Virus record (IMG/VR): IMGVR_UViG_2721755711_000003
Coordinates: 1 to 53,171 of that record
DNA length: 53,171 nt
Reading direction: 5' to 3' (one strand)
Source: a virus
Lineage: Duplodnaviria; Heunggongvirae; Uroviricota; Caudoviricetes
Part shown: positions 19,323 through 28,030 of the stretch, in pieces
How positions within the stretch are numbered: position 1 is the stretch's first letter
Layout: each line of letters begins with the position of its first letter
Notes under the pieces: model-generated
Seen by the model: the letters and a program-made list of their open reading frames with translations, nothing else
Databases searched by the model: none
What the model was told of the DNA's origin: nothing
Program-made: the position numbers and the translations under genes

Positions 19323-19496
19323 ATGAAAATCGAAGAATTGCGTGAAATTTTTAGTGAAAATGGCCTCTATGCTGTGCGCGTTGAGAATGGGGAAGTTATC
19401 TACGCAACGTTAATTCCTGATGATCATGTAATTTTATCTATCGAGGCATTCATTGAATACCTGGAAAGGCTCGGTTTCAAGGTAGTTTGGGAATGA
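19323..19496 (+). CDS. hypothetical small protein
   Basis: ATG 19323 with AAGGA upstream; 57 aa. Confidence 0.35.
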   Translation: MKIEELREIFSENGLYAVRVENGEVIYATLIPDDHVILSIEAFIEYLERLGFKVVWE

Positions 19497-19555
19497 GTTA
19501 TAATTCGTAAGCCAGCCTGAACACCTGGCAACCTACAGCGCTATTGGAGAAAGCA

Positions 19556-20155
19556 ATGGCGCATATACAACTGGTCAAACAAACCTCTTCCGGATTACTT
19601 CTCCCGGCGACGCCGGAGAGTTGCGATTTTCTGTATCAAATCAAAATAGGTGAGTGGATACACGCAGACTTTAAGCGTGTGCGTAACTACGCATTCCACA
19701 AGCGTTTTTTCAAACTCCTGCAACTGGGATTCGATTACTGGACTCCGATCGGTGGGGCGATCACACCTCGAGAACGAGAAATGGTATCAGGATTCGTTGA
19801 TTACCTGTGTGAATCAGTAGGCCGGGAACATACGCCAGCTCTGAGCGAAGCCGCAGAGCAATATCTGAATACAGTTGCGACACGCAGAACCCGGGATACG
19901 GCATTGCTTAAGTCATTTGACGCTTTCCGCGAGTGGGTAATCATTCAGGCCGGATTTTACACCGAGCATTTTTATCCGGATGGTAGCCGTGGGCGCAGGG
20001 CGAAATCAATCGCGTTTGCGAATATGGACGAAACCGAGTTTCAGCAGGTTTATAAATCTGTACTGAATGTGCTGTGGAACTGGATCCTGTTCCGTAAATT
20101 TTCCTCTCCGGAACAAGTCGAAAATGTGGCCGCGCAGCTGCTGGAGTTTGCGTAA
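19556..20155 (+). CDS. nin-region protein (DUF1367-like)
   Basis: ATG 19556 with GGAG 6 nt upstream (track ORF begins at a TTG); 199 aa; sits before the Q-like gene. Confidence 0.5.
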   Translation: MAHIQLVKQTSSGLLLPATPESCDFLYQIKIGEWIHADFKRVRNYAFHKRFFKLLQLGFDYWTPIGGAITPREREMVSGFVDYLCESVGREHTPALSEAAEQYLNTVATRRTRDTALLKSFDAFREWVIIQAGFYTEHFYPDGSRGRRAKSIAFANMDETEFQQVYKSVLNVLWNWILFRKFSSPEQVENVAAQLLEFA

Positions 20156-20445
20156 TGGTGAATTTGCGTAAAGCGGCGCGGGGCCAGATGTGCCAGGTCA
20201 GAATTCCTGGCTACTGCAATCACAATCCCGGAACGTCTGTGCTGGCACATTACAGGCTGGCGGGGACGTGTGGAACAGCGACAAAACCACACGATATGCA
20301 GGCGGCGATTGCCTGTAGCTCGTGCCACGATTTAATCGACGGGAGAGTAAAAACCATCGATTACACCAAAGAAGAATTGCGCCTGATGCATGCAGAAGGT
20401 GTTTTTCGCACACAAGAAATCTGGAGAAAGGAGGGATATTTGTGA
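20155..20445 (+). CDS. Cys/His-rich nin-region protein (DUF1364-like, possibly nuclease-related)
   Basis: 96-aa ORF with a C...C / H / C..C..H pattern; start overlaps the upstream stop. Confidence 0.45.
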   Translation: MVNLRKAARGQMCQVRIPGYCNHNPGTSVLAHYRLAGTCGTATKPHDMQAAIACSSCHDLIDGRVKTIDYTKEELRLMHAEGVFRTQEIWRKEGYL

Positions 20446-20984
20446 TTTACCCAACGAATACAGGAAAAAGCGGAGAACACCTTCGTCTCACTACGCTGGA
20501 AAGTGTCTGGTTTCAGGGAAAACTGCGTATGTGGGGGCGCTGGTCGTATATTGGTGGCGGTAAGACAGGGAATATGTTTAACCAGATGTTGACCTCTAAA
20601 AAGCTGACAAAAACGGCAATTAACGAGGTGCTCCGGAGGATGAAAAAAGCAGGTCTGGACAAGCCTGAACTTGAGGCTTTTTTGCGGGATATGATTAACG
20701 GCAAGCAAAAGAGCTGGCTGGCACATTGTGCCGATTCAGAGGCATTAATAATCGACAGAGTTATTGGCGAAGTTATGGCGGATCATCCGGGATTGATTTG
20801 TATTCTCCGGCAACGCTATGAGGGGCGGGGGATGACTAAGCGAAAAATGGCTGAATTGCTAAATGATGCACACCCAGAGTGGTGTTTTAGCACATGCGAA
20901 AAGCGAATTGCTAATTGGTTGGCTGTTGCTGAGTATGCGCTATACATTCCCATGCGAGAATCATTTGCTCAAAAAATGGCTTGA
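20442..20984 (+). CDS. late-gene antiterminator, Q-like
   Basis: GTG 20442 preceded by AAGGAGGG; last early-region gene, followed within 100 bp by a terminator and then tRNAs and lysis genes. Assignment is by position. Confidence 0.5.
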   Translation: MIYPTNTGKSGEHLRLTTLESVWFQGKLRMWGRWSYIGGGKTGNMFNQMLTSKKLTKTAINEVLRRMKKAGLDKPELEAFLRDMINGKQKSWLAHCADSEALIIDRVIGEVMADHPGLICILRQRYEGRGMTKRKMAELLNDAHPEWCFSTCEKRIANWLAVAEYALYIPMRESFAQKMA

Positions 20985-21066
20985 TTTTTTACGTACAAAC
21001 TGCTTCAATTTTGGTACGCTTCGTAAAGCTGTATCACGAGGCGTATAGCAGACATGGACACCTGAA
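20981..21066 (+). promoter_or_regulatory. candidate late promoter region (pR'-like)
   Basis: TTGATT ... TTCAAT with about 17-bp spacing overlapping the Q-like stop, then a short leader ending at the terminator; analogous to lambda pR' and its short 6S transcript. Confidence 0.3.
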
Positions 21067-21090
21067 AACCCGCTTAATGTGGGTTTTTTT
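21067..21090 (+). terminator. rho-independent terminator (tR'-like)
   Basis: ACCCGC / GTGGGT stem with one G-U pair, TTAAT loop, then a T7 run. Confidence 0.55.
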
Positions 21091-21703
21091 ACGCCCGAAA
21101 AGTGGTGCGGTACGTTAAACGTGCCCGAGGCTGTGAATACGGTTTTTTAGCTCACTGATTTTCTCGACAGGAATTATTGGTATGTCAAAATGCTACTGAC
21201 AGATAAACTGAAAAATGCACAATAAGAGAAGAACGGGAAACTTATTATCAAGCAGAATACGAGACGCGAACTAAGATAGGTGACCGTGCTGGCAGTTTCA
21301 TTGTTCATCTGCCAGCGTTTGACACAGGTTGTGTACTGGCTGCGAAAGCGCGTGGGGTGATGAGTTCTGCGTTCACATACAGGGTGGTGTGAAGCCAGCT
21401 TTTTGTGTATTCAGATGGCATTCTGATTTTGTTTGGAGTTTTTAATATCAAGGGATTACGCATCGGGTCGCCAGCTTAATACAATGTATTTAGTAATGTG
21501 ATGCTTAGTATCACTTATATTATTACGACCCCCTTTTTTAGAGGGGCGATATGGCGTGTTTAGTAATTTTTTATTCAAACAAATTTACAATTACATAGTT
21601 GGTAAATATTGCATCCTGATTATTTATTAGTATTATTTTTGTGGTTCCGAGGGAATGATACATTATGTATCGGGGCATCTCATCTCACTCCCGAGGAACC
21701 AAC

Positions 21704-21779
<76 letters not shown>

Positions 21780-21782
21780 TAT

Positions 21783-21854
<72 letters not shown>

Positions 21855-22156
21855 CTCTTGTAAAACAAACGAGGCATAGCTTTATCAGCACTGGCGAATT
21901 TTCGCGGAGAACAGCTTTGTAGGTACTATTGTTTTTCTTCATGCTGTAATATCTGAACGGTTACAGTTTCAGTGCTGCTTTTTTTGTATTACATAATGGT
22001 ATGTGATTATTACTTGTAAACGTCGTTAGCAGAATGAGTCGTTACCTGTTCCATGCGCACACGTACAGTAAGCCAGGGTGGCTTTGTAGGTTGACGACTC
22101 ATTCTGGTGGCGACCATATATAAATATAATTCTATTACTACACGATGAATGCTCTG

Positions 22157-22182
22157 GCCCGTCTCCTGACGGGCATTTTTTT
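22157..22182 (+). terminator. rho-independent terminator in the late leader
   Basis: GCCCGTC / GACGGGC stem, TCCT loop, then a T-run. Confidence 0.55.
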
Positions 22183-22310
22183 ATCCATATACAGGGTTCG
22201 TACCAGCGGACCTTTTTCACATCTGTGTCCTGCACACACCACACCAGAAAACACCAGATAACACCACACAAAAGGCATCTGCGGGTGCCTTTGATGGGGT
22301 GTTTTTTTAC

Positions 22311-22332
22311 GGGCCGACAGAGGCCCTTTTTT
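22311..22332 (+). terminator. rho-independent terminator immediately upstream of the first lysis gene
   Basis: GGGCC / GGCCC stem then TTTTTT, 8 nt before the AGGAGA ribosome-binding site of the 22351 gene. Confidence 0.5.
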
Positions 22333-22350
22333 ATTTACAGGAGAAAAAGT

Positions 22351-22740
22351 ATGTCTGAACCCTTATCCGGTTCCGGCACGGCTGCGGCGCTCGGCGGGGC
22401 GACGGTATTCGGGCTGTTTACCGGAACGGATTTCGGGATTGTGTTTGGTGCATTCGCAGGGGCGCTGTTTGTGGCCACGATACCACAGAAGATTTCTGTC
22501 TGGCGTGTGGCAGCGCATTTTCTGGTGTCGTTCATTGTTGGCGTGCTGGGGGCGGATGTGATGGCGTCTTACCTGGTTGAAAAACTGAATCTCCACAGCA
22601 CATCTCTCGACGCGCTTTGCGCGGTACTGGTATCGGTGGTGTCGGTGAAGATTCTCTCATTCATCCACCAGCAGGATATCGCATCGCTGGTATCCGGGCT
22701 GTTCTCCCGTCTGCGGGGTGGAGGCGGTAATGTTAAGTAA
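22351..22740 (+). CDS. membrane protein, putative holin
   Basis: 129-aa ORF with several Gly/Ala-rich hydrophobic segments; first gene of the late operon, just before the endolysin. Confidence 0.45.
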   Translation: MSEPLSGSGTAAALGGATVFGLFTGTDFGIVFGAFAGALFVATIPQKISVWRVAAHFLVSFIVGVLGADVMASYLVEKLNLHSTSLDALCAVLVSVVSVKILSFIHQQDIASLVSGLFSRLRGGGGNVK

Positions 22741-23005
22741 CCTTCCCGGATTACTGAATGTGGTGTTAAGCACGGTTATCGTGCTGACGCTCTTTTTTTA
22801 TCGTCGTGGTAAGTCGAGACACAAACCGCTGATGTCGTGGCTGGCCTGGCTGCTGATGCTGCTTTATGCCTTTGCGCCGCTTTGTTATCTGTGTGGTCGC
22901 TTTCCACCCGGTAACTGGCTGGTCGTCCTGATTAACCTGGTGTTCTGCGTGCTGGTGATACGAGCACGCGGGAACGTATCAAAAATCCTTTCATTACGGA
23001 GGTGA
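22730..23005 (+). CDS. small membrane protein (holin or antiholin-like)
   Basis: ATG 22730 with GGAGG upstream; about 91 aa with 2-3 hydrophobic segments; between the putative holin and the endolysin. Confidence 0.4.
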   Translation: MLSNLPGLLNVVLSTVIVLTLFFYRRGKSRHKPLMSWLAWLLMLLYAFAPLCYLCGRFPPGNWLVVLINLVFCVLVIRARGNVSKILSLRR

Positions 23006-23007
23006 GT

Positions 23008-23385
23008 ATGCCCGGTAAATTCAGATTCAGTCGTCGAAGTGAGAAAAATCTGGAGGGCGTCAAACCACAGCTGGTTGCTGTTGTTCGTCGCGCTCTGGAG
23101 TTGTCGGAGGTTGATTTCGGTATTACGGAAGGCCTGCGCAGTAAGTATCGCCAGAAACAGCTGGTTGCAGAAGGGAAAAGCCAGACCATGAACAGCCGCC
23201 ACCTGACCGGTGATGCGGTGGATGTTGTGGCCTACATTGGAAGCCAGGTGTCATGGGACTGGCCTCTGTACGAGAAAATCGCGCAGGCATTTAAGCAGGC
23301 TGCCGCAGAGCTGGGAACTGCCATCGAATGGGGCGGGGACTGGCGGACGCTTAAAGACGGCCCACATTTTCAATTGAAGCGATAG
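23008..23385 (+). CDS. endolysin, peptidase M15 family (L-alanyl-D-glutamate peptidase type)
   Basis: ATG 23008 with GGAGG upstream; about 125 aa with motifs (SRHLTGDAVDV, DGPHFQL) typical of zinc M15 phage endolysins. Confidence 0.65.
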   Translation: MPGKFRFSRRSEKNLEGVKPQLVAVVRRALELSEVDFGITEGLRSKYRQKQLVAEGKSQTMNSRHLTGDAVDVVAYIGSQVSWDWPLYEKIAQAFKQAAAELGTAIEWGGDWRTLKDGPHFQLKR

Positions 23386-23455
23386 CTTGCAAAACATACA
23401 GGGCCGCCATGAGCGGCTTTTTTATTGCTCAAAAAACGAAAGAACGGAGGTACGT

Positions 23456-23737
23456 ATGTACGCACTGAAAAAAATCACGGTAACTAAAGATGGTCGTCAG
23501 GTTGAAGAAGTGCATGTTCTGGGGAATATGTATCGTCTGGAGTTCTATCCGCGTGACACTCATCTTGCAGCAAAAATTGAGTATTGCCTGGGCGGGGATA
23601 TTCCATGTATTCCGGTAGAAAAAGAGGATGAGGCTTACATTACCACGCTGACCGGAGACACGGTGCGTTGTATCTGTCGCGGTGACAGTAAAGCCAGGAA
23701 TGAAATAGCCAGATGCCGCACCCAAGGCAGTAAATAA
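23456..23737 (+). CDS. hypothetical protein
   Basis: ATG 23456 with GGAGG upstream; 93 aa, Cys-containing, no transmembrane segment. Confidence 0.35.
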   Translation: MYALKKITVTKDGRQVEEVHVLGNMYRLEFYPRDTHLAAKIEYCLGGDIPCIPVEKEDEAYITTLTGDTVRCICRGDSKARNEIARCRTQGSK

Positions 23738-23746
23738 AAAACAAAA

Positions 23747-23776
23747 CCCCGGCTGCTGGAACAGTCCGGGGTTTTT
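23747..23776 (+). terminator. rho-independent terminator
   Basis: CCCCGG / CCGGGG stem with an extended loop, then TTTTT. Confidence 0.6.
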
Positions 23777-23867
23777 AGTTTTCACGTCAAAGAGGAAATT
23801 GTGAGTAGTGAGTACGGAGAAAATCCTCGTGGGAAAGTATAAAAGATTCTTTTTGAGGTTGTCCATT

Positions 23868-23981
23868 ATGAAAGGTATTGAAGTGGAAACTCCCGCGAGC
23901 CTTGATTTGACAAGGGCTGCGGCCTTTGCAATTCGCCTTGTGGCGGTCGCTGTTCTGATTTGGGCTGTGCGTTGGTGGTGA
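23868..23981 (+). CDS. small membrane peptide
   Basis: 37-aa ORF (MKGIEVETPASLDLTRAAAFAIRLVAVAVLIWAVRWW) with a C-terminal hydrophobic segment; GAGG upstream. Confidence 0.25.
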   Translation: MKGIEVETPASLDLTRAAAFAIRLVAVAVLIWAVRWW

Positions 23982-23982
23982 C

Positions 23983-24165
23983 ATGAGCCGAAAACACTGG
24001 ACACACAGAATGCCTCGAACGGCGGTGAAATGGGCGCTGGTAGCGATACTGGTGCCTTTTTTCCTGGTGGGATGTGTCAGCCTGGATAAAGCGCGCCAGC
24101 TTTTTGATACAGCTTCTCAGGTCTGTGAAATTGTCGACGGTGTTCGGCAGTGTCTGCAGAACTGA
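23983..24165 (+). CDS. small lipoprotein
   Basis: 60-aa ORF with a signal peptide and lipobox (FFLVGC); starts 1 nt after the preceding stop. Confidence 0.4.
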   Translation: MSRKHWTHRMPRTAVKWALVAILVPFFLVGCVSLDKARQLFDTASQVCEIVDGVRQCLQN

Positions 24166-24336
24166 TCGCCTGTAAGAGCAGAATATTTTGCTGAAAAATG
24201 AAGGATGTGTCAGCGTCCGGAAAGCATGAAATTCTGTGTTTGTGGCTACTCAATTAAATAAATTCTTTCTGTCGCCGCGAATACTCAAATGTTGATCAGC
24301 GCCCGGTGCGGCGACGGGCTTCGATATCAGGAGACG

Positions 24337-24636
24337 ATGATGGAAAAAACAGAAAACAAACCGATTGTAATTGGTGCTGATGCTGCTCCGTTTAAGTTTG
24401 AGTTGTCTCAACTGGTGGAGATGCGCATCAGTGATGAATGGGGTGAGGTTAAAGCCCGCGCGCAGTATGCGGATGGCGAAAACCAGTACTTGATCCACTA
24501 CAAGGCTGCAGATGGTCGCGCCACGACGCAGTGGTTTGGTGAGTCAATGCTGGAAGCAACAGAAGATGATCGTCATCCGGGTTGTCCGGTATTTGCCGGC
24601 ATGGAATTACCGGAAGGTGCGGTTGTTACAGAGTAA
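24337..24636 (+). CDS. hypothetical protein
   Basis: ATG 24337 with AGGAG upstream; 99 aa, acidic. Confidence 0.4.
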   Translation: MMEKTENKPIVIGADAAPFKFELSQLVEMRISDEWGEVKARAQYADGENQYLIHYKAADGRATTQWFGESMLEATEDDRHPGCPVFAGMELPEGAVVTE

Positions 24637-24841
24637 CAGACATTACAGCAGCCCTTCAGCGAGGGGCTGCGATAATGTGAGAAATAAAAAACCGGTCACA
24701 GGGAACAGCTACACAGAACCGGCCGGCGAAGACCGCCAATATCACCCGAGCATCGGTACAACATACTTATGACAATAGACGGTATTGATGTAAATGCAAT
24801 GTTATGCATCGACGAAAATAAAAAACCGGCAGGGGAAATCC

Positions 24842-24979
24842 ATGGAAGATTTGCCGGTGGCGAAAGAGGGCCATGTTTTTAACCTTAGTCGCAGAGTTAC
24901 GGAGTGCAACTACGAATGCTGCCGGTATATGGCTGAATGGCGTTTCAATGATGTACGTCATCTTATCTGTAAATGTTAA
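24842..24979 (+). CDS. small Cys-rich hypothetical protein
   Basis: 45-aa ORF (MEDLPVAKEGHVFNLSRRVTECNYECCRYMAEWRFNDVRHLICKC), 5 Cys. Confidence 0.3.
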   Translation: MEDLPVAKEGHVFNLSRRVTECNYECCRYMAEWRFNDVRHLICKC

Positions 24980-25034
24980 TGATAAATGCTCTCCACTGGC
25001 TGCTGTTAGTTTTTTATTCATAAAGCGAGGTTGT

Positions 25035-25823
25035 ATGAGCGAAAAATTGAATATTGTCTATCGACTGTTACAAGAGTTGTCTCCGTATGTGCACAATGCA
25101 AGGACACACTCTCCTGAACAGGTGACACAGCTGGTTGAAAGCATTAAGCAATTCGGCTGGACAAATCCGGTGCTGATTGATGAAAAGGGTGAAATTATTG
25201 CGGGGCACGGGCGTGTTATGGCGGCTGAGGCGCTCAAAATGGATTCGGTTCCGGTCATTGTTCTGTCTGGTCTGACGGATGATCAGAAAAAGGCGTACCG
25301 CCTGGCTGATAATCGCCTGCCGATGAGTGCTGGCTGGGATGAAGATCTGTTACGGATGGAGCTGTCGGACCTAATCAATGCTGATTTTGATATCTCCCTG
25401 ACAGGATTCTGCCCGACAGAAATTGACGAACTATTAACGGATGTTTTGCCAGGTACAGCGAATGAGGATGAGCCGTACACGACGAAAATTGATACGCCTG
25501 TTTATGAGCCGTCAGGGGATGAACCGGATATCAGTGAACTGTACGACGATACGAAAACTCAGGAGCTGGTCAGCCGGATACGTACGGCGTCCCTTGAGCC
25601 TGATATCGAAAAATTCCTCCTGTGCGCGGCAGAACGCCACACGGTGTTTAATTTCAGCAGAATTGCAGACTATTACGCTCACGCCCCCGCTGAAATTCAG
25701 GGCCTTTTTGAGGAGTCGGCACTGGTGATCATTGATTATCAGCAAGCCATCGAAAATGGTTTTGTCCGGATGACGCAGCGCATGGTGGAGATCATGCATG
25801 GCGGGGAGGAGGAATATGCGTGA
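25035..25823 (+). CDS. ParB-like nuclease domain protein
   Basis: ATG 25035 with GAGG upstream; N-terminal region with the ParB/sulfiredoxin-type motif (VLIDEKGEIIAGHGRVMAA); acidic C-terminal half. Confidence 0.6.
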   Translation: MSEKLNIVYRLLQELSPYVHNARTHSPEQVTQLVESIKQFGWTNPVLIDEKGEIIAGHGRVMAAEALKMDSVPVIVLSGLTDDQKKAYRLADNRLPMSAGWDEDLLRMELSDLINADFDISLTGFCPTEIDELLTDVLPGTANEDEPYTTKIDTPVYEPSGDEPDISELYDDTKTQELVSRIRTASLEPDIEKFLLCAAERHTVFNFSRIADYYAHAPAEIQGLFEESALVIIDYQQAIENGFVRMTQRMVEIMHGGEEEYA

Positions 25824-26748
25824 TGATTTTTGCGCCTTTATTCTGACTCACGGGCGACCGGACAAAGTTCTGACTTACCGGACGTTGCGTCGTGCTGGCT
25901 ATACCGGGAAAATTTTTATCGTTGTTGATGATGAAGATAAGACACGGCATCAGTACATAGCTGAATTTGGTGAACAGGTGCTGGTGTTTTCCAAAGCCGA
26001 TATCGCCAGTCGTTTTGACGAAGCCGATAATTTCGGTGACCGCCGCTCAATTTTTTACGCCCGTAATGCCTGTTTCGACCTGGCAAAAATGGTCGGGTGT
26101 AAATACTTCATTCAGCTCGATGATGATTATCACGAGTTCCAGTTTCGGGTGGATCGCAACTATGACCAGGCCTATTTCCCGATAAGGAAACTGGATGCGA
26201 TCCTTTCTGAAATGCTGGCGTATTACGAATCAATACCCGCGCTTTCCATCGCTATGTCGCAGGGCGGGGATTTTCTTGGTGACAATGGCGGCCATGCTTC
26301 GTGGGTGAAACGCAAGGCAATGAACAGCTTTATCTGTTCGGTTGATCGACCGTTCTCATTCATGGGGCGCATTAACGAGGATGTGAATACGTACACGAAT
26401 CTCGGTCGCTGTGGTGAATTGTTTATGACGATCGGTGCTGTCCAGTTAGGGCAGAAACAGACGCAGAAAAACAGCGGCGGAATGACCGAGCTGTATCTGG
26501 ATTCCGGAACCTACGTTAAAAGTTTTTACTCCGTCATGTATGCGCCCTCGTGCGTAAAAATCTCACTGATGGGGGCCAGCCATAAACGCATTCACCATCA
26601 GGTCACCTGGAACAACGCTGCAGTAAAAATCCTTCACGAAAAATACAGGAAGAAGACACCCTGCATATCAATGGGGGTGACAAATGATTCCGTATTCGAA
26701 AGTCGAGTCTCTGGCAGCGTGCCGGATGACTGCACAACAAATCGCTGA
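25816..26748 (+). CDS. hypothetical protein, possible GT-A-fold nucleotide-sugar transferase
   Basis: ATG 25816 with GGAGGAGG upstream, overlapping the ParB-like stop; N-terminal strand-helix-strand with FIVVDDED and a later QLDDDYHEF (DXD-like) motif. Fold assignment is by eye only. Confidence 0.4.
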   Translation: MRDDFCAFILTHGRPDKVLTYRTLRRAGYTGKIFIVVDDEDKTRHQYIAEFGEQVLVFSKADIASRFDEADNFGDRRSIFYARNACFDLAKMVGCKYFIQLDDDYHEFQFRVDRNYDQAYFPIRKLDAILSEMLAYYESIPALSIAMSQGGDFLGDNGGHASWVKRKAMNSFICSVDRPFSFMGRINEDVNTYTNLGRCGELFMTIGAVQLGQKQTQKNSGGMTELYLDSGTYVKSFYSVMYAPSCVKISLMGASHKRIHHQVTWNNAAVKILHEKYRKKTPCISMGVTNDSVFESRVSGSVPDDCTTNR

Positions 26749-26935
26749 CGTTCTGGATGTTGATCTGAACCGACTGAAAGAAAATCGGGAAGCAATGACA
26801 GATTTTTACGCATCCATCCGTAAGGGCAGAGCGAAAGGTGAAGCCGAACTACGGGCGGCATTGTTTAAGCTTGCCAGAAAAGGGGATGCCTTTGCCCTGC
26901 GTGAACTACTCAGGGTGGATAAAAATCAGGACTAA
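26684..26935 (+). CDS. hypothetical small protein
   Basis: 83-aa ORF overlapping the upstream gene; helical with an HTH-like segment. Confidence 0.35.
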   Translation: MIPYSKVESLAACRMTAQQIADVLDVDLNRLKENREAMTDFYASIRKGRAKGEAELRAALFKLARKGDAFALRELLRVDKNQD

Positions 26936-26938
26936 CTA

Positions 26939-28030
26939 ATGAGCAGACCGGACTGGGGGGCGTTGCAGCAGGAATATATTGCTGAATACACCCGCTCCGG
27001 TGTATCTCCGGTGGCATGGTGTGAGGCAAGGGGACTGAATTACGCAACAGCCCGTCGTTACATCAAAAAACCTCCGAAAAATGCGCAGACAGAAATGCGC
27101 AAAACTGCGCAACAAAGTGCGCAGAAAAAATCTGCGCAGACTGCGCAAAAGCGGAACGGAAAATCTCAGAAAAAAAAGCCAGTATCCGATGCGTGCCTGA
27201 ATGAGGGCGACGCGGAGGAATTTTCGTTCTGCCCCGATGAATTCGGCATTTCTGACCAGCAGGCTAAGTTTGCGATGCTTGTTGCTCAGGGGAAAAAGCC
27301 GACAGAGGCATACCGACTGGCTGGTTATGAGGGGCAAGGTGCGACAGCTAACAGCAACGCCAGCCGTATGCTTAGAAATGCCAGGGTTTATCGTGCTATC
27401 AGCTACTTCCGCAATCAGTATCAGAAACGCTATACCGCAGACCTGGATTTACTGGTGAGTCAGTTGATGGCTATTGTCCAGGCCGACCCCAATCAGTTGG
27501 CACAATTTCGCCGTGTTAACTGCCGTTATTGCTGGGGCGAGAATCATCTCTACCAGTGGCGTGATATTGCAGAATTCGATAAGGCAGCGGCACAGGCCTC
27601 CAGAGATGGCAAACCCGAGCCGGAATATGGAGGCCTCGGCTTTGTTGATAACGCCATACCCAATCCGGATTGTCCGAAGTGCTGCGGTGAGGGAACGGGA
27701 CAGCTTTATATGGCTGATACCACTCTGCTTGATGGGGATGCGCGACAATTATATGCAGGGGCAAAGCTCGGGAAATTTGGTGTTGAGATCCTGCTGGAGG
27801 ATAAGGCTGCCGCCCGGCGCGAACTTATCAAGCTGATAATGGCGACGAAAGGAAGTTCTGCTGGTGGTGCAACTGACAGTCGCAATGATCTGGAGCTTGA
27901 AGGACTGAGGCTTCGCAACGAAAAGCTGCGCACTGAGATTGAAAACCTCAAAAAAGGCGTGGGTGGTGAGAATAACGAAATAATTATCCACAACTCTCTG
28001 CCGATGCCGGGAGTGGATAATGTCGATTGA
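26939..28030 (+). CDS. terminase small subunit
   Basis: 363 aa; N-terminal HTH-like segment and the motif AYRLAGYEGQGATANSNASRMLRNARV typical of small terminase; directly upstream of the large terminase. Confidence 0.6.
   Translation: MSRPDWGALQQEYIAEYTRSGVSPVAWCEARGLNYATARRYIKKPPKNAQTEMRKTAQQSAQKKSAQTAQKRNGKSQKKKPVSDACLNEGDAEEFSFCPDEFGISDQQAKFAMLVAQGKKPTEAYRLAGYEGQGATANSNASRMLRNARVYRAISYFRNQYQKRYTADLDLLVSQLMAIVQADPNQLAQFRRVNCRYCWGENHLYQWRDIAEFDKAAAQASRDGKPEPEYGGLGFVDNAIPNPDCPKCCGEGTGQLYMADTTLLDGDARQLYAGAKLGKFGVEILLEDKAAARRELIKLIMATKGSSAGGATDSRNDLELEGLRLRNEKLRTEIENLKKGVGGENNEIIIHNSLPMPGVDNVD

Noticed and set aside
21650-21703. Possible third tRNA or tRNA-like hairpin (GGTTCCGAGGGA...TCCCGAGGAACC) just upstream of tRNA-Thr
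   Set aside because: An imperfect inverted repeat is present but I could not fold it into a cloverleaf with anticodon and T arms; left as an unexplained hairpin.
23429-24004. Minus-strand 191-aa ORF across the post-endolysin region
   Set aside because: Runs through a plus-strand terminator and small plus-strand genes with good start signals; translation is low-complexity.
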